Shown here: one piece after another, positions 1 to 8,258 of the stretch
Layout: each line of letters begins with the position of its first letter
Numbering within the stretch: position 1 is the first letter of the stretch
Source of the DNA: a virus
DNA: 64,000 nt
Strand: one strand, 5' to 3'
Virus record (IMG/VR): IMGVR_UViG_3300030329_005371
Span: 1 to 64,000 of that record
Translations under genes and position numbers: made by a program
The notes under the pieces: model-generated
What the model was told of the DNA's origin: nothing
Database searches by the model: none
Seen by the model: the letters and a program-made list of their open reading frames with translations, nothing else

Positions 1-4
1 CTCT

Positions 5-58
5 GAGACATTTAATGACAAGTCTCCTCTTGTAATGAGGGGAGGCTTCGTGTATACT
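5..58 (+). promoter_or_regulatory. Early promoter copy 1 (GAGACA-N4-ATGACA, -35 TTGTAA, -10 TATACT)
   Basis: Half-sites at 5-10 and 15-20, 9 nt gap, TTGTAA 30-35, 17 nt spacer, TATACT 53-58; same geometry as four other copies. Confidence 0.75.
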
Positions 59-82
59 TGTGAAGTAATCAAGGAGGATTCA

Positions 83-223
83 ATGTCCTATCTCGTCACT
101 GGCCCCATCGCATCCGTTCACGTGAGTGATCGCGTCATCCAGATCTGGAGCGACGATCAGCTTCGTGAGGTCTGCGATTACTTTGATTCAATCGGCGTTT
201 CCTACGACCTCGTAATCGTGTGA
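83..223 (+). CDS. Small hypothetical protein (46 aa)
   Basis: AAGGAGG RBS before ATG at 83; stop TGA lies inside the next GTGACA box. Confidence 0.7.
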   Translation: MSYLVTGPIASVHVSDRVIQIWSDDQLREVCDYFDSIGVSYDLVIV

Positions 224-273
224 CATTTCGTGACATAATAATCCTTGCGCTTTAAGCGCTCCTATGATATATT
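220..273 (+). promoter_or_regulatory. Early promoter copy 2 with GTGACA direct repeat
   Basis: GTGACA 220-225 and 230-235, TTGCGC 245-250, 17 nt, TGn-TATATT 268-273. Confidence 0.8.
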
Positions 274-321
274 TACTACATGAGCGAGGGATGAACCCTC
301 GCCTGACCCTGGAGGCCCATC

Positions 322-1404
322 ATGGCTGTAGACTTCGCAACTTTCCTCTCTGTCGTTCCTCACATCCTTGACGCCAAGCTGCCCGTGCTTCTGCGCGGGC
401 GTCACGGCGTCGGCAAGTCTGAGGTAGTCTACCAGACCGCTGCTGTCCGTGGGCTCCCCGTTGTGGAGCGCCGTGCTTCTCAGATGACTGAGGGTGATCT
501 TCTGGGTCTGCCTGACACAGCCGACACTGATATTGACGGGCGCAAGGCTACCACCTGGAACGCTCCAGACTGGCTTGTGACCGCTTGCACTCAGCCCGTC
601 GTCCTGTTCTTGGACGAGGTTGATCGTGCGACGATGGAGGTCCGTCAAGGGCTCTTTGAGTTGACCGACAGCCGCAAGATCAACGGGTGGAAGCTCCACC
701 CTGAGACTCTGATCATCGCTGCCGTCAACGGTGGCGAGCACGGCGCCCAGTATCAGGTGGGCGAGATGGACCCTGCCGAGCTTGACCGCTGGACCGTCTT
801 CGACGTGGAGCCCAGCGCAGAGGATTGGCTCAAGTGGGCCAATGGCAAGGTTGACAGCGTTCTCTGGGACTTTGTTAACATGAACCGCGCCCATATGGAG
901 CACATCGGTGACTTTGAGCCTAACAAGGTTTACCCGTCCCGTCGTAGCTGGAAGCGGTTCAATGATACCGTGGAGCCCTCCGGTGTGTTCGGTGAGGAAG
1001 GCGATCGCGATCTCCTCTTCAACCTCGCCACTGCCTTCGTCGGGTTTGAGGCTGCGGTCGCCCTGCGTGACTTCGTTGAGAAGTACGAGTGGCAGGTGAC
1101 TGTCGAGGACATCCTTGACGCTGGCGACCTCTCCAAGACCGAGCAGTGGGGCATCAATGACCACTCGGCCATGATCGAGAAGTTTGAGGCTGCGGAGGTC
1201 TTCAAGGAGACTCTGACCGAGGAGCAGATCGCCAACCTCGCTGCCTACTTCGTCAGCCTGCCCTCTGAGGTCGCCATGAAGCTCTGGACCGTCTTGGGCG
1301 ACACCGATAACATTGATAATGTTGTCGCGCTCCACAAGGCTGAGACTGCCGATGGCAAGCGTGTGAGCGACCACCTTGTGGAGATCCTTGGCGGAGCGCA
1401 GTAA
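322..1404 (+). CDS. MoxR-like AAA+ ATPase
   Basis: Walker A GRHGVGKS, Walker B VLFLDEVDRA, AAVN sensor, MDPAELDRW arginine finger; GGAGG RBS. Confidence 0.9.
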   Translation: MAVDFATFLSVVPHILDAKLPVLLRGRHGVGKSEVVYQTAAVRGLPVVERRASQMTEGDLLGLPDTADTDIDGRKATTWNAPDWLVTACTQPVVLFLDEVDRATMEVRQGLFELTDSRKINGWKLHPETLIIAAVNGGEHGAQYQVGEMDPAELDRWTVFDVEPSAEDWLKWANGKVDSVLWDFVNMNRAHMEHIGDFEPNKVYPSRRSWKRFNDTVEPSGVFGEEGDRDLLFNLATAFVGFEAAVALRDFVEKYEWQVTVEDILDAGDLSKTEQWGINDHSAMIEKFEAAEVFKETLTEEQIANLAAYFVSLPSEVAMKLWTVLGDTDNIDNVVALHKAETADGKRVSDHLVEILGGAQ

Positions 1405-1613
1405 TGCGCCCGCTCCGGGTCGGTGACCTTGTGTGCCTGCATGAGCCTCGCCCCGAGAAGTGGCGAGAGAAGCATCACGGTGCGGGCATCGTGACCCGCA
1501 TCGAACTGTTTGCGGAAGGCGACAAGTACCCGCACATCACGGTTAAGTGGCTCAAGTCTGACGAGTCGTTTAAGTTCCTGGCTCAAGACCTCAAGGTGCT
1601 CCATGAAGTCTGA
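1404..1613 (+). CDS. Small SH3/KOW-like beta-barrel protein
   Basis: VGDLV...GIV...VKW pattern; start overlaps upstream stop. Confidence 0.6.
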   Translation: MRPLRVGDLVCLHEPRPEKWREKHHGAGIVTRIELFAEGDKYPHITVKWLKSDESFKFLAQDLKVLHEV

Positions 1614-1806
1614 GTTAAAGATAGGGGATCTCCTCATTTCACGCGATACCGGCAAGCCTGGGTTAATCATGGCGATTCGCGAGGGCAGACAGAACGAGTA
1701 CGGGAGTACCACGCGAAAGCGCAAGGTATACCGCGTCTTTGACGATGGCCGCGAATACTGGCTTCACGATATTGAGGTCCGAGCCAAGTTCATCATCAGC
1801 CCGTGA
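1603..1806 (+). CDS. Small SH3/KOW-like beta-barrel protein
   Basis: MKSELKIGDLL...PGLI; start reassigned to ATG 1603. Confidence 0.6.
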   Translation: MKSELKIGDLLISRDTGKPGLIMAIREGRQNEYGSTTRKRKVYRVFDDGREYWLHDIEVRAKFIISP

Positions 1807-1856
1807 CAAACCGTGACATCTTTTCTATTGACCTTTACCCTCGCAGGGTGTATATT
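1803..1856 (+). promoter_or_regulatory. Early promoter copy 3 with GTGACA direct repeat
   Basis: GTGACA 1803-1808 and 1813-1818, TTGACC 1828-1833, 17 nt, TATATT 1851-1856. Confidence 0.85.
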
Positions 1857-1879
1857 TACAGGGTAGCCAGGAGTTTTAC

Positions 1880-3172
1880 ATGTCTGACGATACCAAGCCC
1901 ATCCCGTTCAACTTGAACCTTCACGCCGCTCGCCTTCTTATGCGCGAGCCCTTCTTCGCTGCGCTGTCTCGTCGCATCGACAAGACGCCGACGACTTCGA
2001 TCCCGACCGCTGGCGTTCGTGTCAATCCTGAGCGTGCCCAGTTTGAGCTTCTTTACAATCCTGAGTTCATGGGTCAGTTGAAGGACGAGCACAAGCTGGG
2101 CGTCCTGATGCACGAGTTCTATCACATCATCTTCGAGCATGTGACCGGTCGCAAGCCAGCCGATGGCCTCAAGCGCATCGACAATATCGCGATGGACCTC
2201 GCGATCAACGGTCTGCCCGAGATGAAGGGCAAGCTGCCCTGCGAGTCCGATCCTGGCCCGATGATGCCGAATGGCGAGCCCATGAAGGGCTGTCTGCCCG
2301 GTGAAGGCCCATTTGCCGAGCTTCCCGCTGGTAAGACCTACGAGTGGTATCTGGAAGCCCTTAAAGATATGGCCCAGGAGCAGGAAGAGGGCGACGGTGG
2401 CGAAGGCGAGGGCGAAGGTCAAGGCAGCGGTCAGGGCGATGGCTCTGGTCAGCAAGGTCAAGGCTCTGGCGACCCGTTCGGTGGCGCGGATAGCTTCGAC
2501 TCACATGAGGAGTTCGGTGAGGGCGAGAGCACAACCACCGAGATCGCCAAGGAGCGGCTCAAGGACTCGATCAAGAAGGCAGCAGAGGAGGCCGAGAAGT
2601 CCCGTAACTGGGGCTCTGTGTCCTCTCAGATGCGTCAGGACATCCTTGAGCGCATCCAGACCAAGATCGACTGGCGCAAGGTGCTCCGCTATTTCGTGAA
2701 GACCTCACAGCGCAGCGACAAGCGTTCCACGCCTCGACGCCTTAACAAGCGTTTCCCCAAGGTCCACCCTGGCAAGCGTGTGACCCGTCACGCCAAGATC
2801 GCGATCAGCATCGACCAGAGCGGATCGGTGGATGATCGTATGCTCTCGATGTTCTTCTCCGAGCTTAACAAGCTCGCAGAGATCGCAGAGTTCACGGTGA
2901 TCCCGTTCGACTCGTCCGTGGGCGTGGATAAGATATATGTATGGAAGAAAGGCCAGAACCGCAAGACCGAGCGCGTTATGTGCGGGGGTACGTGCTTCAA
3001 CGCACCGACCAAGTACGTCAACGATCACGGTTTCGACGGTCACATCATCCTGACGGATCTGATGGCTCCCAAGCCGATCGCGTCCAAGTGTCAGCGTATG
3101 TGGATGACGACTAAGGCATACGCCGCTCGTCCATACTTCCAGACCAATGAGCGCGTGATCGCGGTAGACTGA
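1880..3172 (+). CDS. DUF2201-like metallopeptidase + vWA domain protein (MoxR partner)
   Basis: HEFYH zincin motif, NIAMDLAIN, Gly/Glu/Gln linker, C-terminal MIDAS DQSGS, GGT, LTD; near MoxR ATPase. Confidence 0.85.
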   Translation: MSDDTKPIPFNLNLHAARLLMREPFFAALSRRIDKTPTTSIPTAGVRVNPERAQFELLYNPEFMGQLKDEHKLGVLMHEFYHIIFEHVTGRKPADGLKRIDNIAMDLAINGLPEMKGKLPCESDPGPMMPNGEPMKGCLPGEGPFAELPAGKTYEWYLEALKDMAQEQEEGDGGEGEGEGQGSGQGDGSGQQGQGSGDPFGGADSFDSHEEFGEGESTTTEIAKERLKDSIKKAAEEAEKSRNWGSVSSQMRQDILERIQTKIDWRKVLRYFVKTSQRSDKRSTPRRLNKRFPKVHPGKRVTRHAKIAISIDQSGSVDDRMLSMFFSELNKLAEIAEFTVIPFDSSVGVDKIYVWKKGQNRKTERVMCGGTCFNAPTKYVNDHGFDGHIILTDLMAPKPIASKCQRMWMTTKAYAARPYFQTNERVIAVD

Positions 3173-3180
3173 GGATAGAC

Positions 3181-3474
3181 ATGAAGTATTACATCAGCAA
3201 AACACACATCGGCTTAGACGCCTCTGGGCGCCTCTCAGGCTATGAGACTGTCCTTACCCGTCCCGACACGCTCAAAGCCGCTACAGAGGCTCTCAGGCGC
3301 TATAAAGCCATAGGAATCACGTCCATCCACCTGTGCGAGCATCCCAAGAACTCGCGAAGGTACGGTAAACTTGATCGAGAGGCTGGCAAGCGTCGAGGGA
3401 AGGCCCGAAAGCTGACCCTGGCCGACGTTGCGGCGGATCTCGCAGAGCTTGAGAAAGAGAGTGACAAGTCGTGA
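3181..3474 (+). CDS. Hypothetical protein
   Basis: GAGG RBS, ATG; ends in GTGACA box (SDKS*). Confidence 0.7.
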   Translation: MKYYISKTHIGLDASGRLSGYETVLTRPDTLKAATEALRRYKAIGITSIHLCEHPKNSRRYGKLDREAGKRRGKARKLTLADVAADLAELEKESDKS

Positions 3475-3514
3475 CATCTTTTCTATTGATCTCTGCTCTC
3501 GCATCGTGTATACT
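3461..3514 (+). promoter_or_regulatory. Early promoter copy 4 with GTGACA direct repeat
   Basis: GTGACA 3461-3466 and 3471-3476, TTGATC 3486-3491, 17 nt, TATACT 3509-3514. Confidence 0.85.
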
Positions 3515-3537
3515 TCTCAAGTAACTCGGAGGTTATT

Positions 3538-4386
3538 ATGGCTCGCTCTACTTATGGAACCCGTCTTGAAGCTCTGATCGCGAATCCCGCGATCTCCTCG
3601 CGTGACAAGACCTTCGCGGAGTCTCTTCTCCGCTTCTACACGTCCAAGCGTCGGCTCACTGCCGGTCGCGCTCGCTGCGTTAAGCAGTTGGAGGACCGCT
3701 ATAGCCCCGAGAAGCTCGCCGCTGCTCTGGAGAAGGGTGCGCCTATGCTTGAGCGGCTCAACGCCGTCTGCGAGCGCACAGAGCCCAAGTCTTGGGGTCG
3801 CGGCTTCGTTAACTCGCTCCAGGGTCAGATCATGGCTGGACGCGAGTTGTCCGAGAAGCAGATCAAGACCCTGGAGAAGATCGAGGCTGAGAACAGCGAC
3901 GAGGCGATCAAGGCTCGCGACACGTGGAAGCTCGACTATATCTATGAGAACGATCCCGCGTGGGTGGGTTCCGAGCATCGGAGCGCACGCCATTACGAGG
4001 TCGCCAAGGTCGCCGCTCGCTATTACAAGGCTGCGGGCTACTTTCAGCGTCTTGTTGACTCGATCCTCAATGACGACGGCTTTGTGCCCACGATCGAGCA
4101 GTATAACAAGATCACTAAGAACAAGTTCGCGGTCAAGGTCTTGACGGCACACTTCGCTGATCCCAAGTTCGCCCCTGGCTCGCTTGTCCAGTTCGGTGCT
4201 GGTGCTTCTGGCGCCCTGCGCCGGATCAAGGTGCCCTGTGTCGTGATCTCCAGCAACGGAGGCCCGATCGTCAGCGCAGCAAAGGGCGCGAAAGTTTACA
4301 GCGTGCTGCCGATGGGTAGCGCGAAAACCCTGCTCTGCGAAGAGCGACATCTCAAGAAGGCCCGAAAGGTCGGAGGTAAGAAATGA
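3538..4386 (+). CDS. Hypothetical protein with C-terminal SH3-like barrel
   Basis: GGAGG RBS, GC-rich codon bias, C-terminal FAPGSLVQ...VYSVLP. Confidence 0.75.
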   Translation: MARSTYGTRLEALIANPAISSRDKTFAESLLRFYTSKRRLTAGRARCVKQLEDRYSPEKLAAALEKGAPMLERLNAVCERTEPKSWGRGFVNSLQGQIMAGRELSEKQIKTLEKIEAENSDEAIKARDTWKLDYIYENDPAWVGSEHRSARHYEVAKVAARYYKAAGYFQRLVDSILNDDGFVPTIEQYNKITKNKFAVKVLTAHFADPKFAPGSLVQFGAGASGALRRIKVPCVVISSNGGPIVSAAKGAKVYSVLPMGSAKTLLCEERHLKKARKVGGKK

Positions 4387-4565
4387 TGACCCAGCAACCC
4401 GAAACACGTCCAGACACCGCTATGGAGGTCGCACAGGCCAACTGTGAAGTGATGATCGCCCAGCTTGCGACCTGGGCGCAGATCAAGAGCGGAAACACCG
4501 AGCAGGCGACCGAGGATCTTATGCTCGTCGTCCTGGCTGGTATGAATATCCCAGCGGAGGCATAG
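4383..4565 (+). CDS. Hypothetical protein
   Basis: GGAGG RBS, ATGA overlap. Confidence 0.65.
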   Translation: MMTQQPETRPDTAMEVAQANCEVMIAQLATWAQIKSGNTEQATEDLMLVVLAGMNIPAEA

Positions 4566-4566
4566 G

Positions 4567-4881
4567 ATGGTCGTAACCGTTCCGCCTTGTCTCGCTGATC
4601 TGCCCAGTGGTCGCTATGCGGTCGCTGGGTCTACTTGGATCCGTGTGCCCGACGATACGAAGTTTGAGGATCTCGACAAGTATATGACCTATGAGCGTAA
4701 ACGCCCTGAGAGCCCTTCTGACGCCTCTGAGCGCGTCTGGGCTGTCGTGGGTAGTAAAGGCGCACGCTACAGCGTGAGAGCCAACCAGGGGCGTTATACT
4801 TGCTCCTGTCCCGGTTTCGGCTGGCGTCGGAAGTGTAAGCACATCGAGCAGGTTAAGAAAGAAAACTGTGACAAGTCGTGA
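4567..4881 (+). CDS. SWIM zinc-finger protein
   Basis: GSKG..Y.V...YTCSCPGF...CKH SWIM signature. Confidence 0.8.
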   Translation: MVVTVPPCLADLPSGRYAVAGSTWIRVPDDTKFEDLDKYMTYERKRPESPSDASERVWAVVGSKGARYSVRANQGRYTCSCPGFGWRRKCKHIEQVKKENCDKS

Positions 4882-4921
4882 CACAGATCCGCTTGTAATC
4901 CTCGCCCGCCTATGCTATATT
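4868..4921 (+). promoter_or_regulatory. Early promoter copy 5 with GTGACA direct repeat
   Basis: GTGACA 4868-4873 and 4878-4883, TTGTAA 4893-4898, 17 nt, TGn-TATATT 4916-4921. Confidence 0.85.
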
Positions 4922-4946
4922 GTCTGAGTAGCCCAAGGAGCACACT

Positions 4947-5165
4947 ATGAGAGACATTTCTGACCCCATCCTTTTCGATCGCGCCTGTGAGCAGTTTGAA
5001 GCTGACATCCTGCCTATGGTTCAGGAAGTCTATGAGCAGGACGGGATCCCTGACTGGCCAGCGCGTTCCGAGGCTTGGCTCGCCTGGACCGATTCACTTT
5101 GTAAGGATGGACTGATTTCTGACTGGCAATACGACAACTGGACTCACCCGCGTTGTTGCGGTTGA
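4947..5165 (+). CDS. Hypothetical phage protein
   Basis: AAGGAG RBS; Trp-rich EAW..WTDSLCKDG.IS.WQY.NW. Confidence 0.75.
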   Translation: MRDISDPILFDRACEQFEADILPMVQEVYEQDGIPDWPARSEAWLAWTDSLCKDGLISDWQYDNWTHPRCCG

Positions 5166-5195
5166 TCCGAGATCACATCTACAGGAGATAGACAT

Positions 5196-5741
5196 ATGAA
5201 TACTGAAACTTTGAAAAGCTATAAGCTCACTCAGAACGAATGGCACGTTCTCGCCGCTATTGCTGCTGGTCACTACGCTGCCACGAACTGGCTGAAGGAG
5301 TCACTGACCCTTGACCTTGACGTGCTGGTGCTGGCTGGCCTTGTCGAGCGTGGCGAAGACCGTCCCGTGCTTACGAGCGAAGGCCACGAAGCTGCGGCTG
5401 CGATCGATATGATCTTTGATTGGGATGAGTTCGCTTTCGCAGAATCGCCTGAGAGCCCTTCTGACGGCGAGGAGATGGTTTTCCTTAACGGTGAGCCTAT
5501 CAAGCGTAGCGAAGCCCTGGAGATGGTTGCGGAGCGCCCTAAGCCGCTCTCTGTCGGCTCGCTGGTGCGTCACGTTCCAACCGGTGGCGTGGGGCTCATC
5601 ACGAAGCATACGATGTATGACGCGAACTGGGGCGGGTTCTATGTGGATTTTGTTAAGCCTGTTGACAATGTTATTGATGGTCGCGTTACCAATCAGTTGA
5701 CGCGGATCTTCGATCGTGGTGATAAGTTTGAGAGGATATAG
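5196..5741 (+). CDS. Winged-helix-like N-terminus plus SH3-like C-terminal domain
   Basis: AGGAG RBS; L.LAGLVER...LTSEG wing-like segment; VGSLVRH..GGVGLI. Confidence 0.55.
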   Translation: MNTETLKSYKLTQNEWHVLAAIAAGHYAATNWLKESLTLDLDVLVLAGLVERGEDRPVLTSEGHEAAAAIDMIFDWDEFAFAESPESPSDGEEMVFLNGEPIKRSEALEMVAERPKPLSVGSLVRHVPTGGVGLITKHTMYDANWGGFYVDFVKPVDNVIDGRVTNQLTRIFDRGDKFERI

Positions 5742-6186
5742 AGAAATGGATAATAGAGTTAAATACATCGTTATCGCAATGGATGTATTATGTTGGGGCA
5801 CGTTAGCTTTGCTGGCGGTCCACCACTTCAACTGCCCGCTATCCTTCTAAAGGTGGCGGGTAACCTGCGTTTACAAGAAGGAGTCGAGAGTGCTTAAAAA
5901 GATAATAATAGTATTGGGTGTTATTATAGTATGGGAACAAAGAGATAGTATAGTTCCAGTAGTAGAATCAGTGGTAACCTACGTTATAGCTACTGGATCC
6001 AGTTTTATGGAATCAGTTTAGTTTATCAGGTATGTAGTGTATAGTTTTATCAAAAGTGTTAGGAAGTGGTGATATTGTGTTAGAAAGTGTTATTTTGTGT
6101 GCGATAGTTGTGTATTGTTTTGTGTTTTCATGCGCTTACAGTGTTAGTCTTAGTATGTATATAGACGACATGTAGACAGCATGTCC

Positions 6187-6237
6187 GTAACATGAGTGTT
6201 ACTGCGATGTTACGTGCTTGTGTAACATGAGTGTTAT
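6187..6237. repeat. Cluster of GTAACA/TGTTAC half-sites; GTAACATGAGTGTTA twice
   Basis: Copies at 6187-6201 and 6222-6236 plus an extra TGTTAC at 6208-6213. Confidence 0.8.
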
Positions 6238-6395
6238 CAACAACTTAGTTTAGGTTCGCCTTATAGCGAATGAAACTGTACGTGACACCTGCGTTCTGCG
6301 CGGCTGTCGCGTGCTGTCGCATTTGTATACAGCATGTTGTTGACATGTGACCGCGCCCCGCAGCATGATCGCGAGGGTAATACAAAAGATATATA

Positions 6396-6424
6396 TTGAT
6401 CTTGGATTGGTTATGTGTTATACT
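6396..6424 (+). promoter_or_regulatory. Sigma70-type promoter without GTGACA boxes
   Basis: TTGATC-17-TATACT with TGn extension; GGGAG and a short hydrophobic ORF at 6442 follow. Confidence 0.55.
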
Positions 6425-6770
6425 ATAGAGGGAGCGATAACATGCGTGAGCGAACCGATGACAGAATATGGTCGAGAGTAAACAAAAAGAATATACTATT
6501 ATGGTTAGGTTGGTCAGTGTTTAATGTTACATTGTATGTATACATGTTAAATAACCTTAGACACCAACGAAAAGGTCGTCAGTGATTGTTGGCTTGTAAC
6601 CTTTGTTACCACGTATGGGTACCCCCCTCCCCCCCTACCCGGAATGTGGATCTCCGTACATGTGGGCTATGCTGGCCTGTGCTAAGCCTGTGTTCGATAT
6701 CGCTACCAAATTTTCTGAAACTTTCCGTTTCAAAAAATTGCCCCAAAAAATTTCTGAGATAATTAAAGAG

Positions 6771-6959
6771 ATGACAAGAGATAGAATAATTCAGATATAT
6801 GACGCAGCTAGCAACGGCATAATGAGACCGGAGCAAGCCGCAATATTGCTCTCAGAGGTATGTGAGACCGCCTTGGAGCTATTTAAAATTGTTGAGCAAC
6901 AGAACCTTCGCCTAAAAATTTGTCAGGAAACACATGACCAATCCACGAAAACCACTTGA
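6771..6959 (+). CDS. Hypothetical protein
   Basis: Start reassigned to ATG 6771; upstream part of the ORF runs through low-complexity DNA. Confidence 0.5.
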   Translation: MTRDRIIQIYDAASNGIMRPEQAAILLSEVCETALELFKIVEQQNLRLKICQETHDQSTKTT

Positions 6960-7224
6960 CTTTGTAGTAGGGGATTTGGTATACTTTGTAGGGTATGAAG
7001 GACCCAGTGATAGAAACCGGTTGGGAGTAGTCGTCGATGTGAAGACAGGACAGTCACATTTTCCGCTCTATGTGGTACATTGGATTAAGGATAAACTCCA
7101 GTCAACGCACACCGCAAATCATATCGATTTGCTTTATACAACAGACATAATTGATGACGAAGTTAGTCCCAAGTCGCTACTCCATTTAAAAGACAGAGTA
7201 AATGATCGCGGTGAAGGCGATTAA
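6934..7224 (+). CDS. SH3/KOW-like beta-barrel protein
   Basis: VGDLV...LGVVVDV...YVVHW. Confidence 0.65.
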   Translation: MTNPRKPLDFVVGDLVYFVGYEGPSDRNRLGVVVDVKTGQSHFPLYVVHWIKDKLQSTHTANHIDLLYTTDIIDDEVSPKSLLHLKDRVNDRGEGD

Positions 7225-7246
7225 TCAAAAAATTAACTAATTACAG

Positions 7247-7519
7247 ATGATGAAAATTACAAAACAATACGTGAAAGAGCTTATTCTTGAAGAGCTAACG
7301 AAAACCGACGTTAAAAAGCTTATCGATGATGCTATCGAAAAGAAAGAGAAAGAATTGCGTCGGGAGCTACCCAAGGAACTCAAGAAGGAACTTGAAGATA
7401 TGCTTAAGTCGAAGGATATTAAAACCGACATTGGCGAAATCGCCAAGAAGGTGATTAAAAAGCTTTATAAGGACTTGTCCTTTCATCATCCGTATATTAT
7501 CGATAGAATTAAGGTGTAG
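7247..7519 (+). CDS. Helical protein with MKITKQYVKELILEEL leader
   Basis: Charged helical ORF preceded by ACTAATTAC. Confidence 0.7.
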   Translation: MMKITKQYVKELILEELTKTDVKKLIDDAIEKKEKELRRELPKELKKELEDMLKSKDIKTDIGEIAKKVIKKLYKDLSFHHPYIIDRIKV

Positions 7520-7524
7520 ACAAA

Positions 7525-7710
7525 TTGTTTAGTATGTTTTCCAAAGCCAAAGAAGGCGATTTCATTAAAGACCTAGGCGCGCGAAAGCGTTCATTAGGAC
7601 TAGTTATGGACATTGATAAAAAGACCAATATGATGCGCGTAAAGTTTCCAAAAGTTGGAAAGATACACTGGGTCATGTGGAGCAACCATGGTCATTATAA
7701 GGTAGTGTAA
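7525..7710 (+). CDS. Small SH3-like protein
   Basis: EGDFI...LGLVMDI...RVKF. Confidence 0.55.
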   Translation: MFSMFSKAKEGDFIKDLGARKRSLGLVMDIDKKTNMMRVKFPKVGKIHWVMWSNHGHYKVV

Positions 7711-7711
7711 A

Positions 7712-7975
7712 ATGAAGTATATTGTAGGCGCCGGAATTGGTGGCTTGTTTGGAATTAGTGTACCGTTTATGATAGACGTACATGAAGCACAAGACAACGA
7801 AGTTCCGAGAGAAGAAGATTCCCAGCTTGTGGAAGAGAAGTTACCCAGTCCTATCGACGGAGCGCTTATTCTTCCCGATAATTATTGCGGGTATATCGAT
7901 TACAAAACTAAAGAAGTGAAAGAGCAAGCTAAAGAGTGTTTAAATAATCCTATGCTTGCTGTCCCTGCTATATAG
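7712..7975 (+). CDS. Small membrane-anchored or secreted protein
   Basis: Hydrophobic Gly-rich N-terminus. Confidence 0.55.
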   Translation: MKYIVGAGIGGLFGISVPFMIDVHEAQDNEVPREEDSQLVEEKLPSPIDGALILPDNYCGYIDYKTKEVKEQAKECLNNPMLAVPAI

Positions 7976-7978
7976 TAT

Positions 7979-8251
7979 GTGGACATTATTCATTTAGAAC
8001 CCGGCGGGGTTATTATCGATCACAAGACCGGCGATGTTGGATTGCTTGTGCGTCGATATGATATTGTCGAGCATATACCTTTGTCACTGGATATGGTATA
8101 TGACCATGAGGAAGGCTTATGGGCATGGGAGATCCTTTGGAGCGGAAAAGACGCCGATAAAAACAATCGATATTTTCCCTATACTGAAACAGGATTGCTC
8201 AATATGATTCGGGTTGGAACTTTTGAGTATATTGCGTGCCAACAAAAGTAG
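7979..8251 (+). CDS. SH3-like protein
   Basis: PGGVIID...VGLLVRR...WEILW; paralog of next gene. Confidence 0.6.
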   Translation: MDIIHLEPGGVIIDHKTGDVGLLVRRYDIVEHIPLSLDMVYDHEEGLWAWEILWSGKDADKNNRYFPYTETGLLNMIRVGTFEYIACQQK

Positions 8252-8258
8252 TTATTGC

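Noticed and set aside
220-235. Boxes as canonical Pho boxes, given phoH in the window
   Set aside because: Period is 10 bp rather than 11, orientation is reversed relative to CTGTCA, and none is seen before phoH.
5-4921. GTGACA repeats as a CRISPR array or integron attC sites
   Set aside because: Spacing is hundreds to thousands of bases, there is no attC-like inverted core, and each copy is fixed to -35/-10 hexamers.
262-5831. Long minus-strand ORFs (262-1374, 1856-2461, 3517-4407, 5301-5831)
   Set aside because: Antisense shadows of GC-rich plus-strand genes that have clear motifs, RBSs and promoters.
6603-6770. N-terminal part of ORF 6603-6959
   Set aside because: Runs through the C-run and A-tracts with no RBS; likely non-coding.
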